Part shown: positions 47,813 to 57,621 of the stretch, in pieces
Numbering within the stretch: position 1 is the first letter of the stretch
Layout: every line of letters begins with the position of its first letter
IMG/VR virus record: IMGVR_UViG_3300032038_000053
Span: 1-64,000 of that record
Length of the DNA stretch: 64,000 nucleotides
Source: a virus
Taxonomy: Duplodnaviria > Caudoviricetes
Strand: one strand, 5' to 3'
Notes under the pieces: generated by a model
Told to the model about the DNA's origin: nothing
What the model saw: the letters and a program-made list of their open reading frames with translations, nothing else
Databases searched by the model: none
Made by a program: the position numbers and the translations under genes

Positions 47813-49675
47813 TTAATTATTTAATGCCTTTTCCAATAACTTATTAACTGTCGCAAAATCATCCGCACAAATCTTAGATAATTTTTGGAATCCCTTTACT
47901 GCAGCTTGCATATATTGTGTTGCAGTCTCATATACCTTTGGATTCGTTCTCCATACAGATCTATCATCTGCTTCCAAACCAGCCAATTCATCAGCAACAT
48001 ATCTAGTGACTTGTAATGCTGGAGTAAGTGTTTTTGCAATTTTATCAAGAATATATAGGTAATTTGTTAAAGGCGGTTTTACTTGAACACCATCTGCAGG
48101 GAAACCATCAAAATCATTAGAATGAAAATCATTATTCAAATACTGCTGGTCCTCTTGATAACTTGTAAAAAAGACTTTCATAATACCAGCTTGGTTTTGA
48201 TCAGTAATTGCAACTTTCGTTTTGATCGGATCTAATGATGTTGCATATTTATATGCCGTAACAGCTGGTGGTTTACCGGAATACTTTGGTGTATTCACTT
48301 GGAATAATCTTTTAATTTGCATTACTTGCGATGCATAATTTGCACGAAGTTTAGATAAACCAACCGCTTCTTGAATTAATGCCCAACAGCAATTTGCATA
48401 ATATAATAATGGATCAACATCCATATTATTTGTACGATCATCCCACATATACAACATGACACCATCAGCAAATAAATCACGTAACTTATGGCGTCTTAAC
48501 CATTCCAATGCTTTTACAAATCGATGGTTTCCTTTTTCGATGAATGTTTTAATTCCGTTAATAATTTTTCCAAACAATTTAAAGATTCCACCAATTAGAG
48601 TAACCAAAATTTTGAATGGAGACATTTGCTTGTTGTATTGCTGGTTAACGGTTACTGAGATATCTTCTTGATAGAACGATGGTTCTTCCAACATCAAGAT
48701 CTGATTAGACAAACGGTAATCATTTGTATACTTTGCTTGTTCCATGACAAGTCTTAATGTTTCCGCATGAATAAATGCACGTTCCATTTCTTGATATGCC
48801 TCTTGTACATCTTCAACAGCATTTTCAATTGCTGCATCATTTGCTTCCTTCGATGCAGAATGCAAATTAAATTTATCAACAGCCGTTGTCATTGCAGAAC
48901 CTTCATCCATTCCATAAGAAATCAGTTCTTCATATTCTTTACGAATATCAGGATCACGGGGAACATATTTTTCACCAGTGATCTCTGCTTTTGCAAACAG
49001 CAATTGTTCTAGATGATATCTTTCTTCATCACCAATATCAGAATACAATCTCTGAAGAATGTCAATCTTAGAAGTCTTAGCAGCTTCCATATAATCAGAC
49101 AATGCCTTTGCTTCATCTGCAACAAACTCCATGATTCTTGTAATTTCTTTTGGATCATATTGATTGTTTGGTAAATCATCACCACCATGTTGACCAAATG
49201 TTTTAATTGGATCATCATCTGGTGTATCATCTGTATTATCAATCTCCAGAAGTTCTACATCATAACCGTCATCTGATTCATCATCTAACGTGGGAAGATC
49301 TTCATCCGTATCATTAGATGGCTCTTCTTGTAATTGTGGTTCTTCCGTATCAACCAACATTGTATCATCATCTTCATCGTCAAGTGTCGGTAAATCATCA
49401 TCATCAATTTCTTCTTGTGGTTGTGAATCATCCATCCCATCAGTCATATCATCTTCATCATCTAATGTTGGAAGGTCTTCATCATCCATATCTTCTTCCA
49501 TTTCTTCAGCTTCCTGATAATAATCCTGTGATGAATAAAAGAAGTTGTCCAATCCACGACCACCTGCCATTCTCAATTGATGGTCACGTTGTCTTTTGAT
49601 CTCACGTTCACGTTTACGTTCAATCTCCACACGTCTGTTAAAATCTTCAATTGATCTCATTTGTATCATCTCCAT
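47813..49675 (-). CDS. Putative internal head protein (620 aa) with acidic repeated N-terminal region
   Basis: DxDLPTLDDE x3; YYQE/A and FYQE/D motifs followed by an amphipathic helix (FKILVTLIGGIFKLFGKII). Confidence 0.6.
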   Translation of the reverse strand: MEMIQMRSIEDFNRRVEIERKREREIKRQRDHQLRMAGGRGLDNFFYSSQDYYQEAEEMEEDMDDEDLPTLDDEDDMTDGMDDSQPQEEIDDDDLPTLDDEDDDTMLVDTEEPQLQEEPSNDTDEDLPTLDDESDDGYDVELLEIDNTDDTPDDDPIKTFGQHGGDDLPNNQYDPKEITRIMEFVADEAKALSDYMEAAKTSKIDILQRLYSDIGDEERYHLEQLLFAKAEITGEKYVPRDPDIRKEYEELISYGMDEGSAMTTAVDKFNLHSASKEANDAAIENAVEDVQEAYQEMERAFIHAETLRLVMEQAKYTNDYRLSNQILMLEEPSFYQEDISVTVNQQYNKQMSPFKILVTLIGGIFKLFGKIINGIKTFIEKGNHRFVKALEWLRRHKLRDLFADGVMLYMWDDRTNNMDVDPLLYYANCCWALIQEAVGLSKLRANYASQVMQIKRLFQVNTPKYSGKPPAVTAYKYATSLDPIKTKVAITDQNQAGIMKVFFTSYQEDQQYLNNDFHSNDFDGFPADGVQVKPPLTNYLYILDKIAKTLTPALQVTRYVADELAGLEADDRSVWRTNPKVYETATQYMQAAVKGFQKLSKICADDFATVNKLLEKALNN

Positions 49676-52600
49676 TGTTTAATTTCATAAAGTACATTTT
49701 ATCAGTTGCCTCAGAAACAACCCATCCATGCTTTAGATACATCTGTAAAGCACGATCATTGTCTCTGTTGACAGTTAAATGATCTGCATGGAATTCGTCC
49801 ACAGCAATCTGTAATAAGTCAGTACCAAATCCCTTGGTTTGATATTCTGTAGAAACTTCCAATGCAGTAATCCATCTTTCACCATTTGCTTTCTTCTCAA
49901 TCGCAACATATCCAACAACAACATCTGAATTGTCAATATAAATAGCACCATGTGTATCCTTTGTAACTCTCACATGTTGTAATCCAACTTTGAATGAACC
50001 TTGCGGTGCATATTGTTTCACAGATTTTGGTGTTAATGGAATATACTTATAATCCGCTTTTAGTTTATTATGGTGATTTTCCATATATGATTCCTGAACA
50101 AAGCCATTCAATTTTGATTCCATTTCTTTGGGTGTTAAATCAAAGAATGTTTCTGGTTCTAATAAACCACTTTCATCAATGAATGAGATACCTTGCTCGT
50201 TGAACAAATGATCCTTAAATGACATTAATGCATAGATTTCGAATGGTGTATCCGGATCAAAGTTATCCAATTGAGCATACAGCTTTTCACCATCTTCATT
50301 CAAATATTGTTTTTCGTGCATGAAATTGAAAAACGTAATCATCATTTCATTACGATGTCCAATACGGATTTCATCCTTAATTGCTTTCCCATTCTTGTAA
50401 ATATTATCAATCATTCCAAGATATGTATCTCCATCCACAGGTTCCATGTTTGTTACATCAATCAAATCTTGATTCATGGATTCTTTTTGTTCATCTGTCA
50501 ATGTAATATTGAAACTGTTGATGAGATGTTGAACTGCATCTTCCATATCTCTAACTAAGAATACACCATTCTTGTCGGGGGTTAATGATGTTTCAATCAA
50601 TACAACAGAATCTGCATCATTTGGAACAATGGTGAATTGATGCCAAAATGTAATGGGGATCTCCGGTGTTTCTTCATTCTGAATATTCACATTCAAGAAG
50701 AATACTTGATATGGCAAATCCTTTTGTTTCAATAAGTTACCAACATAGAATGCATGTTCAAAGCAACAACCAAGTTTGGATTCTTCAATAGATTGGATTG
50801 ATTGAGAATGATAATCCACAATCATCTTCCAAGAATCTTTAAATGGTGAAGCAGTGATTCGTTCTCCATCTTCATTCAAACATCCATATTTGATTTGTAA
50901 TGCTTGTTGATAAACTTCTCCGGTCATTTGTTTTAATTCATTAACAGATACTGCTGATTCTTGGTATGATCTGTTCTGATACTTTTGATCACGAGCCATT
51001 CCATCACAGAAGTATTGACCATGCTGACTCATCCAATCCATGCATTCTTCTTTTGTTGCACCATATTTTGGATGTCCTTTATATTGAAATACGGAATACT
51101 TGAATTGATGATAATGTTTCTTAACCGTTTTTAGACGGAACATTGTTCTGGTCAAACGATCAAACTCCATTTCCAATGCACGTTTCAATGTTAATTTTGA
51201 TTCGGTTTCTGAACCATCGACATCTTTTTTGATAACTGTCAATTCAGCAGCTAATAACTCGGAAGTATTATCACCAAATGCATCAAATCCAAAATGGATT
51301 AAAGCATATTGATCCAGATCAGGTAAAGGAACAATTGTCAATGTATGAGTGATCGTTGGTTTTGTTTCAGTAATAATGTAGAATTGCTTGAAATCAATGC
51401 TGCGTTGTTCACAATAGTCACGGACATATTCGTTATAATCTAATGACAAACCACCCTTATACTTTTCAAACTCTTGTGGAGATAAGAAGTGATAATGTTT
51501 TTCAATCTTCTTTTCAGATTGCTCTTTCACTTTTCCATGGCTATTTGGAATACCAACCTTGTAGTTATGAATTTTATCATATAACGTTTGTAATTGTTTC
51601 CATGTTGGATGATCAAATAATTCATTATGTTTATCATGTGGGATGTCTTCTTTAAACTTGATATCGGTAAATGCTTCTTGTGTAATATCATCATCGTCAT
51701 CCAATGATTCATAATGATCTAATTCAATGATGTCTTTCGGATTGAAAATAACCGTTGCAGTTTTCGCAAATACGATATCCATTGGATCAAATAATCCATC
51801 ATATCCTTGTTTATTTAATTCTGAAACAATACGGCTATCTGGTTTAAGAAAACTAAAATGCTTAATATCATCGAATTCAAATTCTGATTTATGATATACC
51901 TTTTCAAGAATATCAAGAACTGCATCAGCGCCTGCAATCTTTAACTCTTTTTTTAGTTTATATACAGCAATCTTTGCAGATGATTTGTTATCGACAATTC
52001 CGTGTTTTGGATCTGTATATTTCAAAGCATCTGCTCTTGTTAATGTAACATACTTTCGTTTTGTACCAATTGATTCTTTTCGATTCGTAATTCGATACAA
52101 CAACGAACCAGCTTTTACTGTTTTATCTTTTACTTCTGGATATTCTTTTATAATCATATCCCAATCTTTAGAATCTACTGTTAGTGTTTTATCTGGACCA
52201 GCTGGAATGTCAATTTCACGATCATCAGAGCATTGAATCATTGTCGCTTCCTGTACAGATTCATCCAAGTATGGTTTTAAAACATCCCATTGTTCCCACG
52301 CCATATTCAATTCTTTTGCACGTTTAACAATATTCCTAGCCAATTCTTCTTTGTATTCTTCTGGAGCTTTACTAAAGAAACGAACTGCTTGTAACACGTG
52401 TGTCTCATCTGTTAATGGATATTTACGTAATGATGGAATTCCATATTGTTTATCCTTTAATTGTTTACGTTGTTCAGTGGATAACTTTCCTTCCATAAAC
52501 AATTCATCATCAATAACTTCGACAGAAGAATCCATCATCATTTTGAATAACTTGTTACGAACTTTATCAACACCAGTTGAACGAATACGATCACCAAAAT

Positions 52601-54047
52601 GTTTTGTGGAATCTAATTCTTGTGCTTCATATTCATACACAACTAACATCTTATCAACAATTCTACGAACTCCATCACGGCTCCAACCACGACCTGCAAC
52701 TTCGATAATGTTGTGACGTATTTCCAGAATCAAAGAATCAATTCTGTCACGATGTTTGGATTGATGTTCTTGTTTTCTTGCAAATCCCAGACGAGATGTC
52801 TTTCGTGCTTGTTCAGGTTCTGTGTAATCTTCTTCAATTACATCATAAATCTCCGCTAAGATATTGAATGATCTGATCAATTTATTGACACACTCACTCT
52901 TTGTCATATGCCTTGTTTCTCTCTTTAGATAAAACAAGTTTTCATATAATGATTGAAGTTTCTTGAATGTTGCTTTATCATCGAACGTTGTGTCATGTGG
53001 AGAATAACGATATCCACTTCCTGATGAAGTTGGACGAATAAATCCACCTTCTTGGACAATATTGTCAAAATCATTATTGAAATAAAATGAATCTGTTGTT
53101 ACTTCTGGTGGAGGAGCCTGTGATTGTTGTTGTTGAGTCTGTTGTGGTTGTTGTTGTGGATTTTGATTATTCTGATTATTTCCATTATTCGCCGATACAC
53201 CAGAAAGGATATCCTTAAATGCATTAATAATGATAGATGTCGTCATATTGAGACTCTTCAATCCCTCAGTGATTGCTGCAACATACCATTTGAATTCCTG
53301 AGAGCCCTTATCTTCATCAGATAATGATGACTTCTGTTGATTAATAAAATTATTCGTTCCCTGCAGTTTCTCTAATAATTTTGTCTGATATTTCATAATT
53401 GTACTAATCATATTTTTGACTTCATTTGTTGGATGCTCTTTACGAGGAGAAGTCTTAATCGCATTTTCTATATCATTTTTTGTGTCAGAATTATTATAAT
53501 CTTTTTCTAATTCTTTAAAATCGGAGTATATTACTTGATATTCCTTTACCTTTGTTTTATCAAATTTTTGATAAATATTCACATCACTCTTCAGCAATTG
53601 CTCAAATGTATTAAATACCGCAGTTTGAGCGTGTCGTTCTTTTGATGTAAAATTATCATAAGCCTCTTCTAAAACATCCCACCAATAATCTTTCATTGAT
53701 ACAGCTGGTGTATTGATATTTTCTATTTGCTTATATAAGTCTTGAATTTTTCCATTTTGTATTTTTGCTTGAATTTGTCTCATGAGTCTGGAAAAGAATT
53801 GAACAACTCGATCAAACATTTTAACACCATTATTATTGTCTTTAGCATTCACGTCGGTTGTTTGTGATGAAGTATCAGAATTAGCCTCATTGTTATTTGC
53901 ATCACCAATATCATTTTTTGCACCAGATGCATCTGACATTTCAGATTGTTGTAATGATTCATTTTCCATATAGAAGTAAAATAGATCATCGTCCAATTCT
54001 TGAAACATTTCTGCAATTAGCTCGTCATGTTCTTCTAATGATAGCAT
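49647..54047 (-). CDS. Polyvalent virion protein (1466 aa): head-targeting region, small helical domain, ART-like domain, two transglutaminase/papain-like domains, C-terminal GNAT acetyltransferase
   Basis: GNAT: ITALEVSTEYQTKGFGTDLL...NDRALQMYLKHGW; GCCFEHA...WHQF...LIETS triad; LLYR...YVT...QGYDG...VIFNP. Confidence 0.7.
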   Translation of the reverse strand: MLSLEEHDELIAEMFQELDDDLFYFYMENESLQQSEMSDASGAKNDIGDANNNEANSDTSSQTTDVNAKDNNNGVKMFDRVVQFFSRLMRQIQAKIQNGKIQDLYKQIENINTPAVSMKDYWWDVLEEAYDNFTSKERHAQTAVFNTFEQLLKSDVNIYQKFDKTKVKEYQVIYSDFKELEKDYNNSDTKNDIENAIKTSPRKEHPTNEVKNMISTIMKYQTKLLEKLQGTNNFINQQKSSLSDEDKGSQEFKWYVAAITEGLKSLNMTTSIIINAFKDILSGVSANNGNNQNNQNPQQQPQQTQQQQSQAPPPEVTTDSFYFNNDFDNIVQEGGFIRPTSSGSGYRYSPHDTTFDDKATFKKLQSLYENLFYLKRETRHMTKSECVNKLIRSFNILAEIYDVIEEDYTEPEQARKTSRLGFARKQEHQSKHRDRIDSLILEIRHNIIEVAGRGWSRDGVRRIVDKMLVVYEYEAQELDSTKHFGDRIRSTGVDKVRNKLFKMMMDSSVEVIDDELFMEGKLSTEQRKQLKDKQYGIPSLRKYPLTDETHVLQAVRFFSKAPEEYKEELARNIVKRAKELNMAWEQWDVLKPYLDESVQEATMIQCSDDREIDIPAGPDKTLTVDSKDWDMIIKEYPEVKDKTVKAGSLLYRITNRKESIGTKRKYVTLTRADALKYTDPKHGIVDNKSSAKIAVYKLKKELKIAGADAVLDILEKVYHKSEFEFDDIKHFSFLKPDSRIVSELNKQGYDGLFDPMDIVFAKTATVIFNPKDIIELDHYESLDDDDDITQEAFTDIKFKEDIPHDKHNELFDHPTWKQLQTLYDKIHNYKVGIPNSHGKVKEQSEKKIEKHYHFLSPQEFEKYKGGLSLDYNEYVRDYCEQRSIDFKQFYIITETKPTITHTLTIVPLPDLDQYALIHFGFDAFGDNTSELLAAELTVIKKDVDGSETESKLTLKRALEMEFDRLTRTMFRLKTVKKHYHQFKYSVFQYKGHPKYGATKEECMDWMSQHGQYFCDGMARDQKYQNRSYQESAVSVNELKQMTGEVYQQALQIKYGCLNEDGERITASPFKDSWKMIVDYHSQSIQSIEESKLGCCFEHAFYVGNLLKQKDLPYQVFFLNVNIQNEETPEIPITFWHQFTIVPNDADSVVLIETSLTPDKNGVFLVRDMEDAVQHLINSFNITLTDEQKESMNQDLIDVTNMEPVDGDTYLGMIDNIYKNGKAIKDEIRIGHRNEMMITFFNFMHEKQYLNEDGEKLYAQLDNFDPDTPFEIYALMSFKDHLFNEQGISFIDESGLLEPETFFDLTPKEMESKLNGFVQESYMENHHNKLKADYKYIPLTPKSVKQYAPQGSFKVGLQHVRVTKDTHGAIYIDNSDVVVGYVAIEKKANGERWITALEVSTEYQTKGFGTDLLQIAVDEFHADHLTVNRDNDRALQMYLKHGWVVSEATDKMYFMKLNNGDDTNEIN

Positions 54048-54143
54048 GTTATCACCTCTGAATAGTTAAGTCATACATTTAGAAAATTAAATTAGGAAGT
54101 GCGGGGCCAATGCCCCGCATATTTCCCATATGTTTCGCATTAA

Positions 54144-54404
54144 TTAAAACCAACGACCAATCTTTGGTGTTGTAGCTTCCTTCTCCTGCTTGTAGCCCAG
54201 AGCAAGATCAGAGTCTTCGATGTCAATATCAAAAGTCTCAGTCTTCAGCTTACCGTTACCACCAGAAATGATGGATTCAGGATTGAAAGAATTAAACTTG
54301 GAATCGAACAGATCCTTGTAGGAAGAGGATGCAGCGTCATAGCTTTCTTGATAGGTTGCACCATTATCGATGTCGAAACCGTATGCAAAATCGTTTTCAA
54401 ACAT
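54144..54404 (-). CDS. Small putative virion protein (86 aa)
   Basis: ATYQE/S motif; strong codon bias; RBS AAAGGAG. Confidence 0.6.
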   Translation of the reverse strand: MFENDFAYGFDIDNGATYQESYDAASSSYKDLFDSKFNSFNPESIISGGNGKLKTETFDIDIEDSDLALGYKQEKEATTPKIGRWF

Positions 54405-54418
54405 ACTCGTATTCTCCT

Positions 54419-55810
54419 TTACTGTGTATTTGTACCAATCGCATCATCGCGTTTGTCGTACAGAACTTTTAGCATATCGTTAATGTATAACTGATTGATC
54501 GATATCAGCATTCGATATGTTGAGACATAACTAACTGTCGTAAACACAATCTTTCTATGTTGCCAATCGATATAATATCCATCATCAATCAAAGTATGAT
54601 TTTCTCGTAATTTGATAGAGATGAAGATACGTGGATCAATATTGTTCCTTAGATGATAATCCAATAACTGTTCCAAAGTAATCCCTAATACGGAATGGAA
54701 ATCAATCTCACGTTCATTCCAATCCAATTTGATAATTGGTTTAGAATGGATTTTCCATCCATATGGCAATGGAAAATCTTTTTCGTTAAAGGTATCCGAA
54801 AAGATCGGTATCGAGACTGAATAAGGCTTTGGTTCCATCCGTCGGAATGGGCCCGGATTTGGAACAGATAAATCGAACAATCCGATTGTGTTAAATTCAC
54901 ATCGTAATGTGAATGTAATTGGACAGTCATTTTCTACCATATTTGATTTTGTAACCTGGGTGTAGTTAAGATCAGAAATTCGACACAACAACGTTGTCAT
55001 GTAATAAGCATAGAAAGCATCTTGATGTCTACCGGATGAAAATCGATAAGAGATTGGAAAATAAGAATTCATATTCAAATAATCCAAAAATCGAGCCACA
55101 CTTTCGTGTTCATCTTTCACAGACAATCCAGCATACCGTGCAGTTTCTTCTAAGAAGCCATCTGGTATCGCTAACTCTAAAGCAGTTTCAATATCAAAGT
55201 AATGATTGCCATCTGTTGGTATCTTGTTGATTAGATAAGATGCCCATCTCAATTGCTCCATAGAACTTTGAAAGCTCAACACGAAATCAAAGTTGACAAC
55301 AACACGATTGATCTTACCACGCCATTCAATTCCTTTCTGATTGTCGAAAAACATTCTCTCCATCTCAGACCGATTCCGGAATCTATTAGACGTAGATTGC
55401 CAATTGGTTAAGCCAAATGATCCAGCTGCTAAACGTTCGTCAAGTCCAGATAATGAAATTCGTGGATTCACAATGCACATTGGATATGGCATTGAACGAA
55501 TTTGTTTTGGTGTATGTCGTAATTGTCGATGTGCAATCTTTGTCGAAGGCATCACCGTTGCAAACGTTTTATTTGGAAATTGATCTACCATGAATTGCAA
55601 AATAATACCAGTTACATTTCCAATCGTATGCACCATGTCTGTACCACTTTCACATGCTAATGAAATTTCACATTGATGTCCATTACGTTCTTTTGCATAA
55701 CCATTGTATTGGTAATGCATCCCAGGTCGATAAATCGTTTGATCTTGTTTACCCTCACTGAAATCGTTCCGATTTTGATCATTAAATCGGGTATCATGAT
55801 ATTCACTCAT
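54419..55810 (-). CDS. Putative virion structural protein (463 aa)
   Basis: In the structural operon next to the baseplate-like gene; beta-rich. Confidence 0.55.
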   Translation of the reverse strand: MSEYHDTRFNDQNRNDFSEGKQDQTIYRPGMHYQYNGYAKERNGHQCEISLACESGTDMVHTIGNVTGIILQFMVDQFPNKTFATVMPSTKIAHRQLRHTPKQIRSMPYPMCIVNPRISLSGLDERLAAGSFGLTNWQSTSNRFRNRSEMERMFFDNQKGIEWRGKINRVVVNFDFVLSFQSSMEQLRWASYLINKIPTDGNHYFDIETALELAIPDGFLEETARYAGLSVKDEHESVARFLDYLNMNSYFPISYRFSSGRHQDAFYAYYMTTLLCRISDLNYTQVTKSNMVENDCPITFTLRCEFNTIGLFDLSVPNPGPFRRMEPKPYSVSIPIFSDTFNEKDFPLPYGWKIHSKPIIKLDWNEREIDFHSVLGITLEQLLDYHLRNNIDPRIFISIKLRENHTLIDDGYYIDWQHRKIVFTTVSYVSTYRMLISINQLYINDMLKVLYDKRDDAIGTNTQ

Positions 55811-56258
55811 GTGTGTAAATACCAGCGTGTTCCATACGTGAAATCAGAATTGCCATTAGTTTTGAGAAATAATTAATATCGTAATATTTAATGTAATCAA
55901 ATTTGAATTCCATAATGGATGGACAACGATTGAGAATCATAATAGGTCTCCACATATTGGTGACACCATATTTGTCATATGCATACAATTTTGGATTACA
56001 TTGATATTTCTCAGAATCAAATTTTTCAATCTGATACATCTTTCCAGTATTATTGTAAGATTCAATCATATGAAAGAATTCTAATGGTACATAGTTTAGA
56101 ACCACTTCCCAGTTTGTTGGTGGAAGATAAGCTCCAAGATAAGCTTCTGTTTGCGGAACACGTAATGTTGTTGAATTTGAGATATTCCCTAACGTGTATA
56201 AATCGGCATTAATATATTCCAGCAGTGAGGATATGGACGTTTTTTCATCCGAAGTCAT
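55803..56258 (-). CDS. Baseplate wedge LysM-like protein (T4 gp53-like)
   Basis: NPKLYAYDKYGVTNMWRPIMILN matches the P..lA...YG....W..I...N pattern. Confidence 0.6.
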   Translation of the reverse strand: MTSDEKTSISSLLEYINADLYTLGNISNSTTLRVPQTEAYLGAYLPPTNWEVVLNYVPLEFFHMIESYNNTGKMYQIEKFDSEKYQCNPKLYAYDKYGVTNMWRPIMILNRCPSIMEFKFDYIKYYDINYFSKLMAILISRMEHAGIYTHE

Positions 56259-56275
56259 GGAAACACCTCCTCTAG

Positions 56276-56542
56276 TTATATTCGTACATACATATTGAAA
56301 ATGTCATTATCATCAGATACCAGTGTTGCGTCTAAACCACCTGCTGGAACAACACATTCACCTTTCAGCACAACATAAAATGACTCAGTCAAATTAAATT
56401 GTTTTGATGTAAAATCAATTGATGAAAAGATTGGTGATGTGATTGAAACAACATCACCATCATGAAATGTTCCAACAGAAATGATATGACATTTTGATGT
56501 ATGTGGAATTTCATATCGTACTGGACTGTGTTGCAGTAACAT
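56276..56542 (-). CDS. Small hypothetical protein in the structural operon
   Basis: Overlaps the upstream stop codon. Confidence 0.6.
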   Translation of the reverse strand: MLLQHSPVRYEIPHTSKCHIISVGTFHDGDVVSITSPIFSSIDFTSKQFNLTESFYVVLKGECVVPAGGLDATLVSDDNDIFNMYVRI

Positions 56543-57519
56543 TATGCATACTGCTTCTTCTGAGGAAGCGGTGCAGAACCTCTATTGAGAGCTTCGCCAA
56601 TTGCATAACCAGAGTCATTAAGAGTCTTTGTTAGAGTATTGGTGGAACCAATGATTCTCTTAGCTGCACGACTCATTTCAGACATAGCCTGTCTAGAACG
56701 ATTACCATTACCAGCTGCCTGTGCTGCATAAACTGCACCAGTACTCTTTACAGAGTCGCTATTCAGGCCTTCGGTTACACTCTCACAGAATGTCTTGAGT
56801 GTATAAGCTGTCTTGATATAATCAGCGATATCGCTTTCGGTCACATAGTCGCTAGTTCTAATTGGTGTATCCATTGCTGCAGTTGCATATTCTAGTGCAA
56901 TGATAAACTTATTTAGATCACCACCAACATACTCTGATTCTGATGTTGAGACATATTCCTTTACGACGTAATCTACATTACCCTTTAGACCAAATGCAGG
57001 AAGACAATCCTGAATGGACTTCATAAAGATACCAGCCTTTGTTCTAAGAGATGTACCATCCTTAAAACCACGACCAATATACACACCATCATTGTCAGCC
57101 TTCTGTGCAATTCTGTGTGCTGTTGCAGATGCAAATTCATCTAGATCGCTATCGCGAAGATTTGTAGGAACACCAGTAATCTTAGCAGCACCACAAATTG
57201 CTTGCCAGCTCTTATCAGCAGCTGTACCAAGCTTAGATGTGGTCTGTTGAATTAGATTAAGGAATCCCTTGGAGGATCGATTAAATGCCTCCTGTACGCA
57301 TTCCAGACCTTCATTAACATCTGTAGGAAGACCTGCTTCAGTGGCTGCTTCTTGCACATAAGCCAGTTCATTAGCATCAAGATCCATGATCTCAACAGCT
57401 GCTTCATAAATTTTATTAGAAACTTCGATCTGACCAAGTGCTTCTTGAATGTAAGCATCTTGAATACATGCGTCGCCAGTAGCATAGTCTAACATCAAAT
57501 CTGTAAACTTCATAATCAT
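56542..57519 (-). CDS. Abundant putative internal head protein (325 aa)
   Basis: YIQE/A, YVQE/A, CVQE/A motifs in the N-terminus; strong codon bias. Confidence 0.6.
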   Translation of the reverse strand: MIMKFTDLMLDYATGDACIQDAYIQEALGQIEVSNKIYEAAVEIMDLDANELAYVQEAATEAGLPTDVNEGLECVQEAFNRSSKGFLNLIQQTTSKLGTAADKSWQAICGAAKITGVPTNLRDSDLDEFASATAHRIAQKADNDGVYIGRGFKDGTSLRTKAGIFMKSIQDCLPAFGLKGNVDYVVKEYVSTSESEYVGGDLNKFIIALEYATAAMDTPIRTSDYVTESDIADYIKTAYTLKTFCESVTEGLNSDSVKSTGAVYAAQAAGNGNRSRQAMSEMSRAAKRIIGSTNTLTKTLNDSGYAIGEALNRGSAPLPQKKQYA

Positions 57520-57621
57520 TAATTCCTTTCATGAATGGATTTTCACAGCAAGTTTATTTGAGGAAGAGCCCCCTGATCCTCAATAACCCGTGTAAATTAA
57601 CATTGAGTTGACACTAATATA

